From an uncultured Clostridia bacterium (GTDB taxonomy: Bacteria; Bacillota; Clostridia; Christensenellales; UBA1242): a stretch of DNA of 64,000 nt. The notes under the pieces were generated by a model. It saw nothing but the letters and a program-made list of their open reading frames with translations. It had not been told where the DNA came from and did not search any database. The stretch is taken from NCBI GenBank assembly GCA_944377165.1, contig CALWEJ010000007.1, positions 18,375-82,374 of the forward strand, read 5' to 3'. Shown here in pieces: positions 33,079-43,687 of the stretch. The first letter of the stretch is position 1. Each line of letters starts with the position of its first letter. The translations under genes were made by a program, and so were the position numbers.

Positions 33079-33906
33079 ATGTTAGAAGAATTTGCATTGC
33101 TTGCAAGTTTATTTAGTATTGTTATAGCAATATTTGCAATTATTATTTTACTATTAAAAAAGAATGTCACCGATATTTTAAATAAAGATGTGATTTTATT
33201 TGATAAGAATTTTGATATTAAAAAGCGCGCTATAGATAAGTCATTTGAAGTGCTAGACGAATTAAATCGTGCAGGTTCGAGTATAATTAAAAATGCCGAG
33301 TTTAAGTCAAAAGCAGTCGCTTGCTATAATGAATTATTGTGTGTAATCGGCAACATAAAAATTGTTGACGAATTTTACTCGCTTGCAATTAGCGGAGAAA
33401 AGCCTCTAGATGACAATGTTATCGCGCGATATAAACTCGATTGCAGAAAGGACATTGGTTTTAGAATTAAAGGTTCTGCCACTTTAAATGAAATTAACCT
33501 TGCAGAGAAAAAGAAAACAAAAACCAAAAATTTCAGCAAAAAAGGTAAAGATAGCGGAATCAAGACAATAAGCGAGCAACCTAAGAATAATGAACCTACC
33601 AAGAATGAGCAAGCGGAAAAACCTACAAACTCCAATAATGCAAATCCAGCTCAAGTACAAAACACTAATATTAGACCTAATACTTCAACGCCAAATAACG
33701 TTCAACCTAACATACCTAAGCCTAATATTAATACAACACAAACTAATACTCAACCTAACCCTACAATCGTGCGTCCTACTCAAAACGCGAATCCAACTAC
33801 TAACATAAATAGTAAGCCACTTTCTTCTCCTACACAAAATGCCACACAAAATGATAAGAACATAGAGTCAGAAGAAAAACATCGCGGAAGACCAAAAAAA
33901 AGTTAG
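33079..33906 (+). CDS. Hypothetical: N-terminal TM, globular domain, P/N/T/Q-rich linker, terminal RGRPKK
   Basis: ORF with TTTGCA/TATAAT promoter and RBS. Confidence 0.75.
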   Translation: MLEEFALLASLFSIVIAIFAIIILLLKKNVTDILNKDVILFDKNFDIKKRAIDKSFEVLDELNRAGSSIIKNAEFKSKAVACYNELLCVIGNIKIVDEFYSLAISGEKPLDDNVIARYKLDCRKDIGFRIKGSATLNEINLAEKKKTKTKNFSKKGKDSGIKTISEQPKNNEPTKNEQAEKPTNSNNANPAQVQNTNIRPNTSTPNNVQPNIPKPNINTTQTNTQPNPTIVRPTQNANPTTNINSKPLSSPTQNATQNDKNIESEEKHRGRPKKS

Positions 33907-33907
33907 T

Positions 33908-33939
33908 AAAAATCGCCCAAATTTAATAGGGCGATTTTT
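33908..33939. terminator. Bidirectional terminator
   Basis: AAAAATCGCCC...GGGCGATTTTT. Confidence 0.75.
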
Positions 33940-33966
33940 TACAATTAATTTATTAATTATGACCAT

Positions 33967-34515
33967 TTACTTGCTTATCTTCGTAATGCCGGACTTGGCA
34001 TATTTTTCGATTAATTTTCTAAATAAATCAATTTCTCCAACAAACGCGTCTTTCTTTACCATAATGAATTTGTTTTTATTAAACACTAATATGAAATCAC
34101 TATTGTCTTCGCCTGCTGAAGTAAGTGTATTGAGCTCTATAATCTCTTTATTAGTCATTTCTTCGTTTTTATAAAACTCGACAACGCATCTATTTTCGTC
34201 GATAGAAACAATCATATAGTCTTTATCCGCTAGACTCTCATTATATATCTTTTTTGAAGCACTCGCTTGTATATTCGGAATAAGCAACATAAAGATTAAA
34301 ACCCAAAGCAAAATAAAATCCAATGTCAATCCTAGTGTGTCAATATTCCCTGAAAGTGCGTCTAAAATATTACCAATAAACAAACACGTGAGCCCTATGC
34401 TTATCAAAACTATAGAAAGTATCCAGCAAACTTTCCATTGTCTATTGCTCCACAAGACGAATTTCGCTGCTTTCGAATTATCTTCTAGAGTTAATTTATA
34501 TTTACAACTAAACAT
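33967..34515 (-). CDS. YcxB-like membrane protein (tandem paralog 2)
   Basis: 2 TM plus C-terminal ED..ILVFNK domain; N-terminus MFSCKYKLTLED. Confidence 0.7.
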   Translation of the reverse strand: MFSCKYKLTLEDNSKAAKFVLWSNRQWKVCWILSIVLISIGLTCLFIGNILDALSGNIDTLGLTLDFILLWVLIFMLLIPNIQASASKKIYNESLADKDYMIVSIDENRCVVEFYKNEEMTNKEIIELNTLTSAGEDNSDFILVFNKNKFIMVKKDAFVGEIDLFRKLIEKYAKSGITKISK

Positions 34516-34520
34516 AATAC

Positions 34521-35063
34521 CTACCTTTTATTATTTATTGCTTTACTCATAGATTTTTCTAAATGCGCTTTGAGTTTATTAATATCACCCGTAATATTTG
34601 CTTTACGAAGGCAAACATATTCAACTTTATTGAAAACTAAAATAATTCTATCATTATCTTCAAGAAAACTTGTAAGCGCGCGCAAAGAATGTACATTCTT
34701 AGCCATTTCCTGCTCGTCCTTATACATAGTTTCAGTACATAAGTCTTTATCAATCTTGATTAATAAATAATCCATATCAGCAAGTTTTTGTTTGTTATAT
34801 GCTTTCTTTTGTCCGCGCACTAATATAATCGGCATTAGAATATAGATAAATTCAAGTATTACAAGTGCACATAATAGCACTATATCCCACACGATTGAAT
34901 TATGATTAACTATATCTAAGACGAGCAATGCAATCATCGCGACTATTAATATTGGTATTAGAATCGCGATGATTTTATCTTGCTTCCTCTTTTGTGATTT
35001 ATAAACATATTTTGAACTAATAATGCTATCTTCTAATTCAAATTTATATTTGCATTCAAACAT
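34521..35063 (-). CDS. YcxB-like membrane protein (tandem paralog 1)
   Basis: MFECKYKFELED, 2 TM, EDNDRIILVFNK. Confidence 0.7.
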   Translation of the reverse strand: MFECKYKFELEDSIISSKYVYKSQKRKQDKIIAILIPILIVAMIALLVLDIVNHNSIVWDIVLLCALVILEFIYILMPIILVRGQKKAYNKQKLADMDYLLIKIDKDLCTETMYKDEQEMAKNVHSLRALTSFLEDNDRIILVFNKVEYVCLRKANITGDINKLKAHLEKSMSKAINNKR

Positions 35064-35071
35064 TTAGCCTC

Positions 35072-38000
35072 CTAAATTTTATCGAATTTTTCATAGCTTA
35101 ATTGTTTTCTCTTTCTTAATACAACTACAACGATTACTATAATCACAATCAAGATTACTATTGCCAAAATGATTAAAACAATCTGCCAAATAGGGAATAA
35201 TTCTCTCTGTTGAGTGATAATTAAACGGTCGAGATTATACGTTAGATTAGATAAATCTATTAAAATATTCCCTTCACCTTGCGTAGTAGTTAATTCTCCG
35301 CTTTCTTCCCCAGTAAGCCAAATTGTGCCAAGGTACCTATCCACTGACGGAATTGATAGCATAAGGTCGTTGCTAAGATTTGTTTCCACTCCGCCTAAGG
35401 TCAATCGTAATTTTAGACCATAGACTGTTATTCTGTTATTTACTAAGTACCCTGATATGAGTGGATAAACATTTGCGTATTCATAGCTATCGGTAGAGAT
35501 AATATCGACTTTAAATTCAGCATTAATCGGTATTAGATTAGCTTTCGAACTATCAGTAAGTCCGCGCTCGTTATACACTGTGAACGTTCCTATTCCTTCA
35601 ATAGTCGCAGTTAAACTATACGGATAAATACTAGCTTTTACTGAAGAATTGCTTATCTTATAGTTGTTGGCATCTAAGCCTGTTATTAATTTTTGTGTAT
35701 CTACTATAACATTTTTGTTAGCACCAACATTCTCGTCTTCAAAATTTAATGTTAGATTTTCTTTAATAGGTGTATCAATGCTATCTCCTGCGACGATTCC
35801 GATATATGACAAATTTGCATCCGTACTAATATTTACGTTAGTTGAGCCGTCATACACTTTATCTTCCGCCACCACACCAACTAAAGTCAATTCTTTACGC
35901 ATAATGCGGATAGCATTCAACATAATTAGCGAATTGTTAGACAATTTGAAATTATTGTTGAAATCATCACTGTACAAAGATAGCCCAGTAATGTAGATAT
36001 TATATAAAGATTCTTCGTTAGCATTGGCAGTCGTTATTTGCTCGCCATTTAATGTATATGTGATATTTGCATTTATCGTAGGTTTTAGAGCAAATTCAGT
36101 ATCGCTATTAAATGAAATATTTAAATTAGCACCGTCCGTTATTAACAAATATCGAATTAAGTTATCTACATTATAACTATCACTACCGTCATACGTCTTT
36201 GTAAAGGTTGTATTTAAATTATAGGTTAAATTTACTTCTTTAGGCGCTATCACAAAATAGACGTCCGTCAAGAATTCAATAGTTTCCATCCAATCATAAC
36301 TCTCGTCGCCTGTTGTATTCTCTAGCGAGAAATACACTCTATAACTGCCAACATTTGTAGGGTTATCTATATAAAGCCCTGTCTTTTCGTCGAAATATCT
36401 TATTTGTAAATATTGCAGTATCTCAATATCGGCCTGTATTTGACCGGACGAACTTCCTGTAGTTAATTTTTGCGGAACTCCATAGCCATAATTATCACAA
36501 ATGAATGTATTTGTAAATGTGTGTCCTTCCGCGCCATTTAAACGAATAATAGGCTGGACTTGCAATTCAACAACAATATTTGTAATAAATCGCAAAGCAA
36601 AACTTGTCCCAATTGGGTCTTGCAAATGTATTCCGTAATACGCATATTGCCCAGTAGGAATTACTTCGCCCTTTAATAAATTTCCGTTTTCGTCAAGCAT
36701 TAAATCACCACTAGCGTTTCTCCTAGCGATATATGCCTTAACTCCTGTCACTTCAAAATTAGTCAAATTATAGTTTGTATAACCGAATTCTGCTTTCGCT
36801 AAATAGTATAATTTGCTAGTTGCTCCTGAAGTGTTTTTGTTATCTCCCGCTTCTCCGCCATAATTGTATGTTTCATTATGATAGAACATAACGAACTGGC
36901 TCGAACCATTTCTATAATAGAACGATTCACTATCAATATTTGTAGTTAATGTTATTTGTAGATTTTCCGCTTGATAACGGTATGTTATATCAAGAATTCC
37001 GTCCGTCACTCTATCAATTACATCGGCGAAATTGAATTTAAAGCTATAGACTCCTGTCTCTATCATAGTAAATGCTTGTGGTTCGCCAAACATATATATG
37101 TACATTAGTCTAAGGCCTAATGATAAATCATAATACGTTCCGTCTATAACTTGCGGAGTATAGTTCATTATAATACGAATTTCAATATTGCGCGCACTAG
37201 CATTAATTGTATCCGTACTATCTATCTCGTTTGTTCCTTCTGCTGTGGTTGTGAAAATTCTAAATGTAGAATATTGCTCAGGCGAAATTTGTACATCTGT
37301 ATTTTCTTTTAAGTAATTCGTTTCGCCGTAGTTGGTGTTTGTGTTGATTATAACATAATCTGCATAACTATACTCAATATAGAAAGTTATGTATCCGCCA
37401 GACAATAGATAATTATCAATGCTGAAATTTGTATCTTCATAATAATTTATATTAGATTTAAAGTATGTAATATTTTCATTATACGTTTTAGAAGTGTTTC
37501 TGACATAGTTTCCTGTTGAGTCATCGTAAGTGTACAACAATAAATAGTTTCTATTCCAATCTTGTTCGCCAGTATATTGATATGGTAAAAAGCACGAATA
37601 ATTAGCAAATTCTACACTAGGATTTCCGTCGCTATATACGGTATGCTCGTATAACATATGGTCGAATTTATAGCCAATTTGCGGATTCATATTAATGCGC
37701 AAGCTATCATAAATTGAAATTCTATTAGCTTTTGTCCCATTAACTAAAATTTCTGGTGCGCCGTAAATCTCTCCGCCTGAAGTTAATACTTCGCCATTTA
37801 ACATAATCACAGTGTTTAGAGCATATGAGTCATATGATAATTTGTAATAGAATTGATAATTATCAGCTAACGGCTCTAAGAAAGATAGTGAAGTAGTGGT
37901 ATAAATGAATTTTGACCTATCTGGAAGGGTATTATCTGCGCTTGATGTAAATCCGAAAGCTGACATACCGCTAGGGACATTACTAGCGACTACGATTGTC

Positions 38001-41000
38001 GGATTAACTCCGTAAGGAATAGCGCCAAACGTTATTGTATTATCAACTCGAACAGGGTTTACACTGACTTGAGCCCCTCCGTCTGAATATTGCAAAATCA
38101 TACTTGGGAAATTAACTCGTCCGTCATATGTTTCATTTTTAGGGTTTGTTAAAGCATAATTGACCGCAATTTTATACGTATGGATTGAGTAAACAATCTT
38201 TATATTAAAATATACTATTTCGCCGTCCGTCACGTCATATGTTCGTGACAATTCGAGCAATTCATCTCTATTTATCGTATAACTAAATATGCCGGATTTA
38301 TACTCGTTAGTTTGCTCCATATTTGTATATTCGTGCTCGCCGTTTTTAATGAAATATACTTTACCAGCATAGTACGAACCGAACGTGAAATGTGCTACAT
38401 TCCCACCGATATACTCGCCCATTATAAACTCTATTAATCCGTCTTCAACAGTAATAGCTTTGTAATTTTGCGATTTATCCTCGCCGAATCCCACACTACC
38501 TATCTCAACTCCATTATCATAGAACTGAGAAACTGAGACTCTATATTCGATAGTCGCGATATTTATCGTCACACGTTGAATTAAGGTAGAGTCCGCGTAG
38601 AACGAATACGATAAATCTTTTGTTAAAGCCACATTTGGTTCTAACCCTGTTTTAGTTAAAGTGTATCCTTCTAATGTGTAGCCGAAATTGAAAATCTCAC
38701 CTATTGTTTCATTACCTGCATTTAGTTTAATAGTTATATATGAACCAACTGTCACCCCGATTTGAATATTCGTTTCTCCGTTAGGATTTGAATATATCAT
38801 AGTATTAGTTGTAAACTCATTTTCTGCTTCATATACCGCTAATTTTGTGAAATCATATGCGTCCGAAATATCAGCAGATATGATTAGCAACGTGCTAGGC
38901 ATAGAATATATAACTTTGACCGCAGTATTGTTAGAAAGTATTGTAGCTGTATATGTGACTGTCGAATCAGTAAAACTATCTGGAGTGTAGTTCGTTTTAT
39001 CATTTTCAGTCATACGCACAAAGAGATAATAATCTGTTGCTCCTTCGCGCTGACGTCCAGTAGCATTTAAAGTAAGTTTGTCGTATAATTTAAGATTTGA
39101 TATTGTTATACGCGCTTCAGCCTCAGTAATGTTTACCGTCACATTTTCGTTGTCAATACTTGCGTCAGCGGTTGAATATGTCGCATCGTTATAAGTAATA
39201 GAAAGGTCCGCCATAATTACATTTTTATCTAGTGCAGTATCCGCTTCGGCTAAAATGTAGAACGAATATGAATAGCGCGCGTAATCTTCATATACAAATA
39301 GGTTTATTATATTGTCTTGGTCCGAATCATAAGTCGTAATGAATTCGTCATCAAATGTGAAATTAATTTGATTAGACTCGCTAAAATAATTTTCACTTTC
39401 ATCAAACTTATATCCTAATAATAGGAAACCATTATTTACACTTGAAATTAAATTAACTTTATCATTTATATTAAATTGCGCAGGGAGAGTCAAACTACCT
39501 TTTGCTTGTCGTAAACCATCGCTATCAATAGTGGAAGAAATATTATTTTCGCCACGAGTTAACGTAAAATCAATTTCATTTATTGCATAAATATCGCTTG
39601 AATTATATGTTAATTTAATTGAATCATAATTGTTTATAATTATTTGATAATCAATTTTTTCATATAACATCCAGACCGTTATATCGCTCGGTTTATCATT
39701 ATCAATAGTTAATTCAATGCTTGTATTATTGCTTATGCTATTTGCGTTTAGCGCAAAACCATAGAATGAATAGCCAATATTGTTAGATATGTCTGTTTTA
39801 GTGACAGTCTGAGTCTGTCCACGCAACATTGTGAAACTTCGCTCTAGATTAAAATTACCTGTAGGAATAAGCGATTGATTTGTTTCGCTATCGTATTGAA
39901 TAAACATAAACGAAATGTTATATCTTGAACTGCTAAAATCAATATTTATAGTAAAATCTTCTGTTATGCTATCTTTGAATAGATAACTATTATTGTTCGT
40001 TCCGTTTAGAGTATTGAAAGTATAGTAGTTATATTGAATTCCGTCTATAATTTTGTTTATTACACTAGGCGCGGTTAATCTAAACGCAATTCCATTATTC
40101 GCATTAGCATCTTTAACATAATATATTCCATTTGCTTCGTCAATGATAGAGAAATAGTCCACGGCACTAATTAAAGGCATAATCATTTGCGTTGCTTCAG
40201 CACTCGCCTGCTCGCCATCTACTGTAATATTGATAGTCGCTTTATATACCTTTGCGCTCTCTATCTCTAATATGCTAGTATGGTCATTAGTAATTTGTAT
40301 GTCATACGCTATTGTTATGCGCTCCGCGAGCCTACTATCTTCTGCCCTTGTCACCATATAGCCATTCGTAGAAGTAAGGTCTTGCTGTAATGTTAAATTC
40401 GTTAAACTTTCGCCCTCAAGGATACTTGCGCCGATAATATCAATTTCCAAATCTTCTTTAATCTTAAGGTTGACCAGTGCACGTTGATTAGCCCTGTAAG
40501 CGCCCATAGATAGCGGTATGTTTTGCTCGATTGGTGTTTCAGTCGCTGTTAGTTGAATAGTGTAAAAGTCTGAGTCATACGAATAGACATCTTGATAGTA
40601 ATAATATTTGTCATTAGTGTATAATACAGAATTCAAATAATGCGTAATACCATCTAATGTGGTTGCACTCTCATAATACAATTCGCCGTAAGATGTGCTT
40701 AATTTTAGCATAGTATCTAAATCATATAAATCAATATTAGTACTAATATCTAAATTGTAATAAACATAATCAAATACAGGCGACAAACTTATATTCTCAA
40801 ACACGCGTGAAATTTTAAATGTCCCAGATTCATAATCCCCGTTAGCGTCTTCATCTATAAAATTTAAAGTATATGTGACAGTATTTTCTCCTTCGCCTAA
40901 AGAAACAATTTTTTCTCCGTCAACCACGTTTGTTGAATCTATGTATTGCTCTTTTTCGTCATAAATACTATCTTCATCATTATACGTTATTAGCCAACCC

Positions 41001-41245
41001 ACAAGTTTAAACCCAGCATTAGCATTCGCAGTCAAGGTGACTTCTTCCTCGCCTAAAGGGAATGTTCCATATCCGTTAGTAGAGCCAGCGACAACATTAC
41101 TTTTGTATGGTGAACCATTAACTAAATAATAACTATCAATTTTATCTTCAGTTGCTGAATATACCCTACCATTAGGCACTAAAAAGAATAGTGAGCATAT
41201 CACTAACGGCAGTATGGAAAATAACGCAATTAATTTAGATTTCAT
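35072..41245 (-). CDS. Large (about 2,057 aa) beta-rich surface protein with InlB-B-repeat-like, MBG-like and YDG domains and a C-terminal membrane anchor
   Basis: Signal peptide; VTLTANANAGFKLVGW and GY.F/L.G repeats; PTNVGSY; KTYDG and KVYDG; C-terminal TM plus RKRK; ATGA overlap with the trxB stop. Confidence 0.8.
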   Translation of the reverse strand: MKSKLIALFSILPLVICSLFFLVPNGRVYSATEDKIDSYYLVNGSPYKSNVVAGSTNGYGTFPLGEEEVTLTANANAGFKLVGWLITYNDEDSIYDEKEQYIDSTNVVDGEKIVSLGEGENTVTYTLNFIDEDANGDYESGTFKISRVFENISLSPVFDYVYYNLDISTNIDLYDLDTMLKLSTSYGELYYESATTLDGITHYLNSVLYTNDKYYYYQDVYSYDSDFYTIQLTATETPIEQNIPLSMGAYRANQRALVNLKIKEDLEIDIIGASILEGESLTNLTLQQDLTSTNGYMVTRAEDSRLAERITIAYDIQITNDHTSILEIESAKVYKATINITVDGEQASAEATQMIMPLISAVDYFSIIDEANGIYYVKDANANNGIAFRLTAPSVINKIIDGIQYNYYTFNTLNGTNNNSYLFKDSITEDFTINIDFSSSRYNISFMFIQYDSETNQSLIPTGNFNLERSFTMLRGQTQTVTKTDISNNIGYSFYGFALNANSISNNTSIELTIDNDKPSDITVWMLYEKIDYQIIINNYDSIKLTYNSSDIYAINEIDFTLTRGENNISSTIDSDGLRQAKGSLTLPAQFNINDKVNLISSVNNGFLLLGYKFDESENYFSESNQINFTFDDEFITTYDSDQDNIINLFVYEDYARYSYSFYILAEADTALDKNVIMADLSITYNDATYSTADASIDNENVTVNITEAEARITISNLKLYDKLTLNATGRQREGATDYYLFVRMTENDKTNYTPDSFTDSTVTYTATILSNNTAVKVIYSMPSTLLIISADISDAYDFTKLAVYEAENEFTTNTMIYSNPNGETNIQIGVTVGSYITIKLNAGNETIGEIFNFGYTLEGYTLTKTGLEPNVALTKDLSYSFYADSTLIQRVTINIATIEYRVSVSQFYDNGVEIGSVGFGEDKSQNYKAITVEDGLIEFIMGEYIGGNVAHFTFGSYYAGKVYFIKNGEHEYTNMEQTNEYKSGIFSYTINRDELLELSRTYDVTDGEIVYFNIKIVYSIHTYKIAVNYALTNPKNETYDGRVNFPSMILQYSDGGAQVSVNPVRVDNTITFGAIPYGVNPTIVVASNVPSGMSAFGFTSSADNTLPDRSKFIYTTTSLSFLEPLADNYQFYYKLSYDSYALNTVIMLNGEVLTSGGEIYGAPEILVNGTKANRISIYDSLRINMNPQIGYKFDHMLYEHTVYSDGNPSVEFANYSCFLPYQYTGEQDWNRNYLLLYTYDDSTGNYVRNTSKTYNENITYFKSNINYYEDTNFSIDNYLLSGGYITFYIEYSYADYVIINTNTNYGETNYLKENTDVQISPEQYSTFRIFTTTAEGTNEIDSTDTINASARNIEIRIIMNYTPQVIDGTYYDLSLGLRLMYIYMFGEPQAFTMIETGVYSFKFNFADVIDRVTDGILDITYRYQAENLQITLTTNIDSESFYYRNGSSQFVMFYHNETYNYGGEAGDNKNTSGATSKLYYLAKAEFGYTNYNLTNFEVTGVKAYIARRNASGDLMLDENGNLLKGEVIPTGQYAYYGIHLQDPIGTSFALRFITNIVVELQVQPIIRLNGAEGHTFTNTFICDNYGYGVPQKLTTGSSSGQIQADIEILQYLQIRYFDEKTGLYIDNPTNVGSYRVYFSLENTTGDESYDWMETIEFLTDVYFVIAPKEVNLTYNLNTTFTKTYDGSDSYNVDNLIRYLLITDGANLNISFNSDTEFALKPTINANITYTLNGEQITTANANEESLYNIYITGLSLYSDDFNNNFKLSNNSLIMLNAIRIMRKELTLVGVVAEDKVYDGSTNVNISTDANLSYIGIVAGDSIDTPIKENLTLNFEDENVGANKNVIVDTQKLITGLDANNYKISNSSVKASIYPYSLTATIEGIGTFTVYNERGLTDSSKANLIPINAEFKVDIISTDSYEYANVYPLISGYLVNNRITVYGLKLRLTLGGVETNLSNDLMLSIPSVDRYLGTIWLTGEESGELTTTQGEGNILIDLSNLTYNLDRLIITQQRELFPIWQIVLIILAIVILIVIIVIVVVVLRKRKQLSYEKFDKI

Positions 41246-42141
41246 TTTACCCCTATACACGAATTACCCGCAATCGCTCCGTCCGCGCAAGCGGTAATTA
41301 CTTGTCTAAAATGTTTACTTGTTATATCTCCACAAGCAAATAATCCTTTTACATTTGTACACATATCTTTGTCAACAATGATATATCCATTGTCGTCCAG
41401 ATTTAGTTTTATATCGACAAAATTAAGTTCAGGTACGCGCCCTATTGCTACGAATAATCCGTCTATATCTAACATTCGCTCGTTGCCATTTTGTGATATG
41501 GCTATAGCGGACAATTTTTCATCACCATATAACTTAGTCACATTCGCGGACGTGATAATTTCAACATTCTTGTATTGTTTAACGCGATTTAGTGCTAAGG
41601 CATTTGCTCTAAAGTTCTCGCTTCGGTTAATCATATAAACTTTTTTAGCAATTCTATGCAAATATTCGACGTCAACTACAGCAGTATCTCCGCCACCTAT
41701 TACAGCCACAACCTTATCTTTAAAGAATGCTCCGTCACAACTAGCACAATAACTAACACCGCGTCCAGTTAGTTCCAACTCTTTTTCAAGATTTAATTTC
41801 CTTGCCTTACAACCGCTAGCAATTATGACCTTGCTTGCGGTATATTTTTCGTCACTCGCAGTAGTTAATTCAAACCCTTTTCTTATCTTTTTAAGATGAG
41901 TCACACGCGCATACTTAATTTCAAGCCCAAGACTTTCCGCTTGCTCACGCATATCGTTAGTTAGGTCAAAGCCTGAAATTTTTTCGTGTGAAGGAAAGTT
42001 CGCTATTTCGTGTGTTAGAGCCGCTTGACCTCCTATTCCGAGAGATTCAAAAAGTACAGTTTTAAGCCCAGCTCTACAAGCAAAAATGCCGGCCGATAGT
42101 CCAGCTGGTCCACCACCAATAATAGCCACTTCAATCATCAT
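41242..42141 (-). CDS. trxB: Thioredoxin-disulfide reductase
   Basis: IIGGGPAG, GVSYCASCDG, VIGGGDTA, FACGD, RQVITA. Confidence 0.92.
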   Translation of the reverse strand: MMIEVAIIGGGPAGLSAGIFACRAGLKTVLFESLGIGGQAALTHEIANFPSHEKISGFDLTNDMREQAESLGLEIKYARVTHLKKIRKGFELTTASDEKYTASKVIIASGCKARKLNLEKELELTGRGVSYCASCDGAFFKDKVVAVIGGGDTAVVDVEYLHRIAKKVYMINRSENFRANALALNRVKQYKNVEIITSANVTKLYGDEKLSAIAISQNGNERMLDIDGLFVAIGRVPELNFVDIKLNLDDNGYIIVDKDMCTNVKGLFACGDITSKHFRQVITACADGAIAGNSCIGVK

Positions 42142-42365
42142 ATTAATATTGTACCCAAAATAAAAAAAATTTCCAAATAAAATAAACTATTTTAAAAAAA
42201 TAATTATTATATAATTATTAATAAATTTATTACAATTTAATTATAAATTAAATATATGCACCTAGCCTTGACAAAAACACTAAAATATGTTAATATTATA
42301 AGCGTCGGAAAATAAATTTAATTAAAATTTAGTCATAACTAAAAATTTTAAAAAGGAGCAAATTT

Positions 42366-42551
42366 ATGGTGGACGAAAAAAAATGCATATCTTGTGGCGC
42401 TTGCATAGCAATATGCCCAGTTGGTGCAATTAAATTTGTTAACGGTAAGGCAAATATTGACCCAAAAAAATGCATTGCTTGCGGAAGTTGTCAACAATTT
42501 TGCCCAGTAGAATCTATTAAAATTACTAAGCCTGAAAATAAGAAAAAATAA
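42366..42551 (+). CDS. 2x[4Fe-4S] ferredoxin
   Basis: CISCGACIAICP and CIACGSCQQFCP; TTGACA-17-TAATAT promoter; AAGGAG RBS. Confidence 0.93.
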   Translation: MVDEKKCISCGACIAICPVGAIKFVNGKANIDPKKCIACGSCQQFCPVESIKITKPENKKK

Positions 42552-42695
42552 TATTTACATAAATTTAATTAATACATTTAACGGAATATTGTCTATAATA
42601 TTCCGCTTTTTTATTTTCTCAATAATATTCTAAGATTCAACATTAAATCAAACTAATTTAGGAATCAAAATGGCGTTTAACTTTTAATTAATATC

Positions 42696-43252
42696 TTAAC
42701 AATTTAAGATGTTGATTATGGCTTTATGTTTCTTATTCGCATATTCATATGCTATTTTAGTACCACTATTCGGCTGATAATCATACATTTTGCTTCTCTT
42801 ATTTACTTTAGCTTTTGGTTTATATGAATTATTATAGTAAAAAACACAGAAATCACTATCGTCAATCATCGCAAAATTACGTTCTACATAACCGGCTTTA
42901 CACGCTGCATCTATACTTTTAAAATGTTTGATTTCTTCTACAGCATATATTTCCGAATCATCATTTAATAATTCACGATAAATCTTTTTAAATTTTTCCT
43001 TTTCATTTTCTAAAAAAATGTTTCACTCTTGCACGGATATCCGATTCTTTTTATATATGTATATTTCTCTTTTATCCTACTTACAATAGAGTGACAAAGA
43101 GTATTAAACTCACTTTTAGTGCCAAACAAAAAAGTTCTCACATTTTTATTTACAATTAAATCTTCTACAATTTTACTCAATTTCTCGATAATTTCATTGT
43201 TTTTTTCAATTTTTCGATGTCCAAAAAATGAACATACATAATATCTAGTCAT
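42696..43252 (-). pseudogene. SLOG/DUF1273 (YspA-like) gene frameshifted in a T7 tract
   Basis: CSFFGHR N-terminus stops at ACA TTT TTT TAG; the shifted frame continues LENEKE...YVERNFAMIDDSDFCVFY...SGTKIAYEYANKKHKAIINI to TAA at 42696. Confidence 0.8.
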
Positions 43253-43290
43253 ATTAACATTATATTAATTTGAATAATAGTTAGTCAAAT

Positions 43291-43318
43291 AAATACCCCT
43301 ACTTAAATAAGGGTATTT
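43291..43318. promoter_or_regulatory. Palindromic operator candidate between the SLOG and XRE genes
   Basis: AAATACCCCTACTTAAATAAGGGTATTT, 24/28 positions symmetric. Confidence 0.55.
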
Positions 43319-43356
43319 TATTTTTCTTTATAGCTAGAATAATCACGAGGTAATTT

Positions 43357-43596
43357 ATGAAATTAGGTGAAGCGGTAGGAAAAAGAATTAAAGAGTTATT
43401 ATTTAACTTAAATATGACTCAATATAGGCTAACGAAAATAACTTGTTTAAATGAAAAAACAATTAGCGATTTAATAAAAGGTAAAACTACCGATGTGAAA
43501 CTATCTACAATATATCTAATAACAAATGCTTTTAACCTTAGTTTAATTGATTTTTTTAACTCTGAATTATTTGCCGAAACGAATATTGAAATTTAA
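43357..43596 (+). CDS. XRE/Cro-C1 HTH regulator
   Basis: MTQYRL...TISDLIKG..DVKLSTIY...LIDFF. Confidence 0.85.
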   Translation: MKLGEAVGKRIKELLFNLNMTQYRLTKITCLNEKTISDLIKGKTTDVKLSTIYLITNAFNLSLIDFFNSELFAETNIEI

Positions 43597-43687
43597 AATT
43601 TATTAATAATTAAAAATATGAACATAATAAATTTGTTGTTAAAAATCTGTGCTTAAAAAAACTCTATTATCAAATAGAGTTTTTTTA

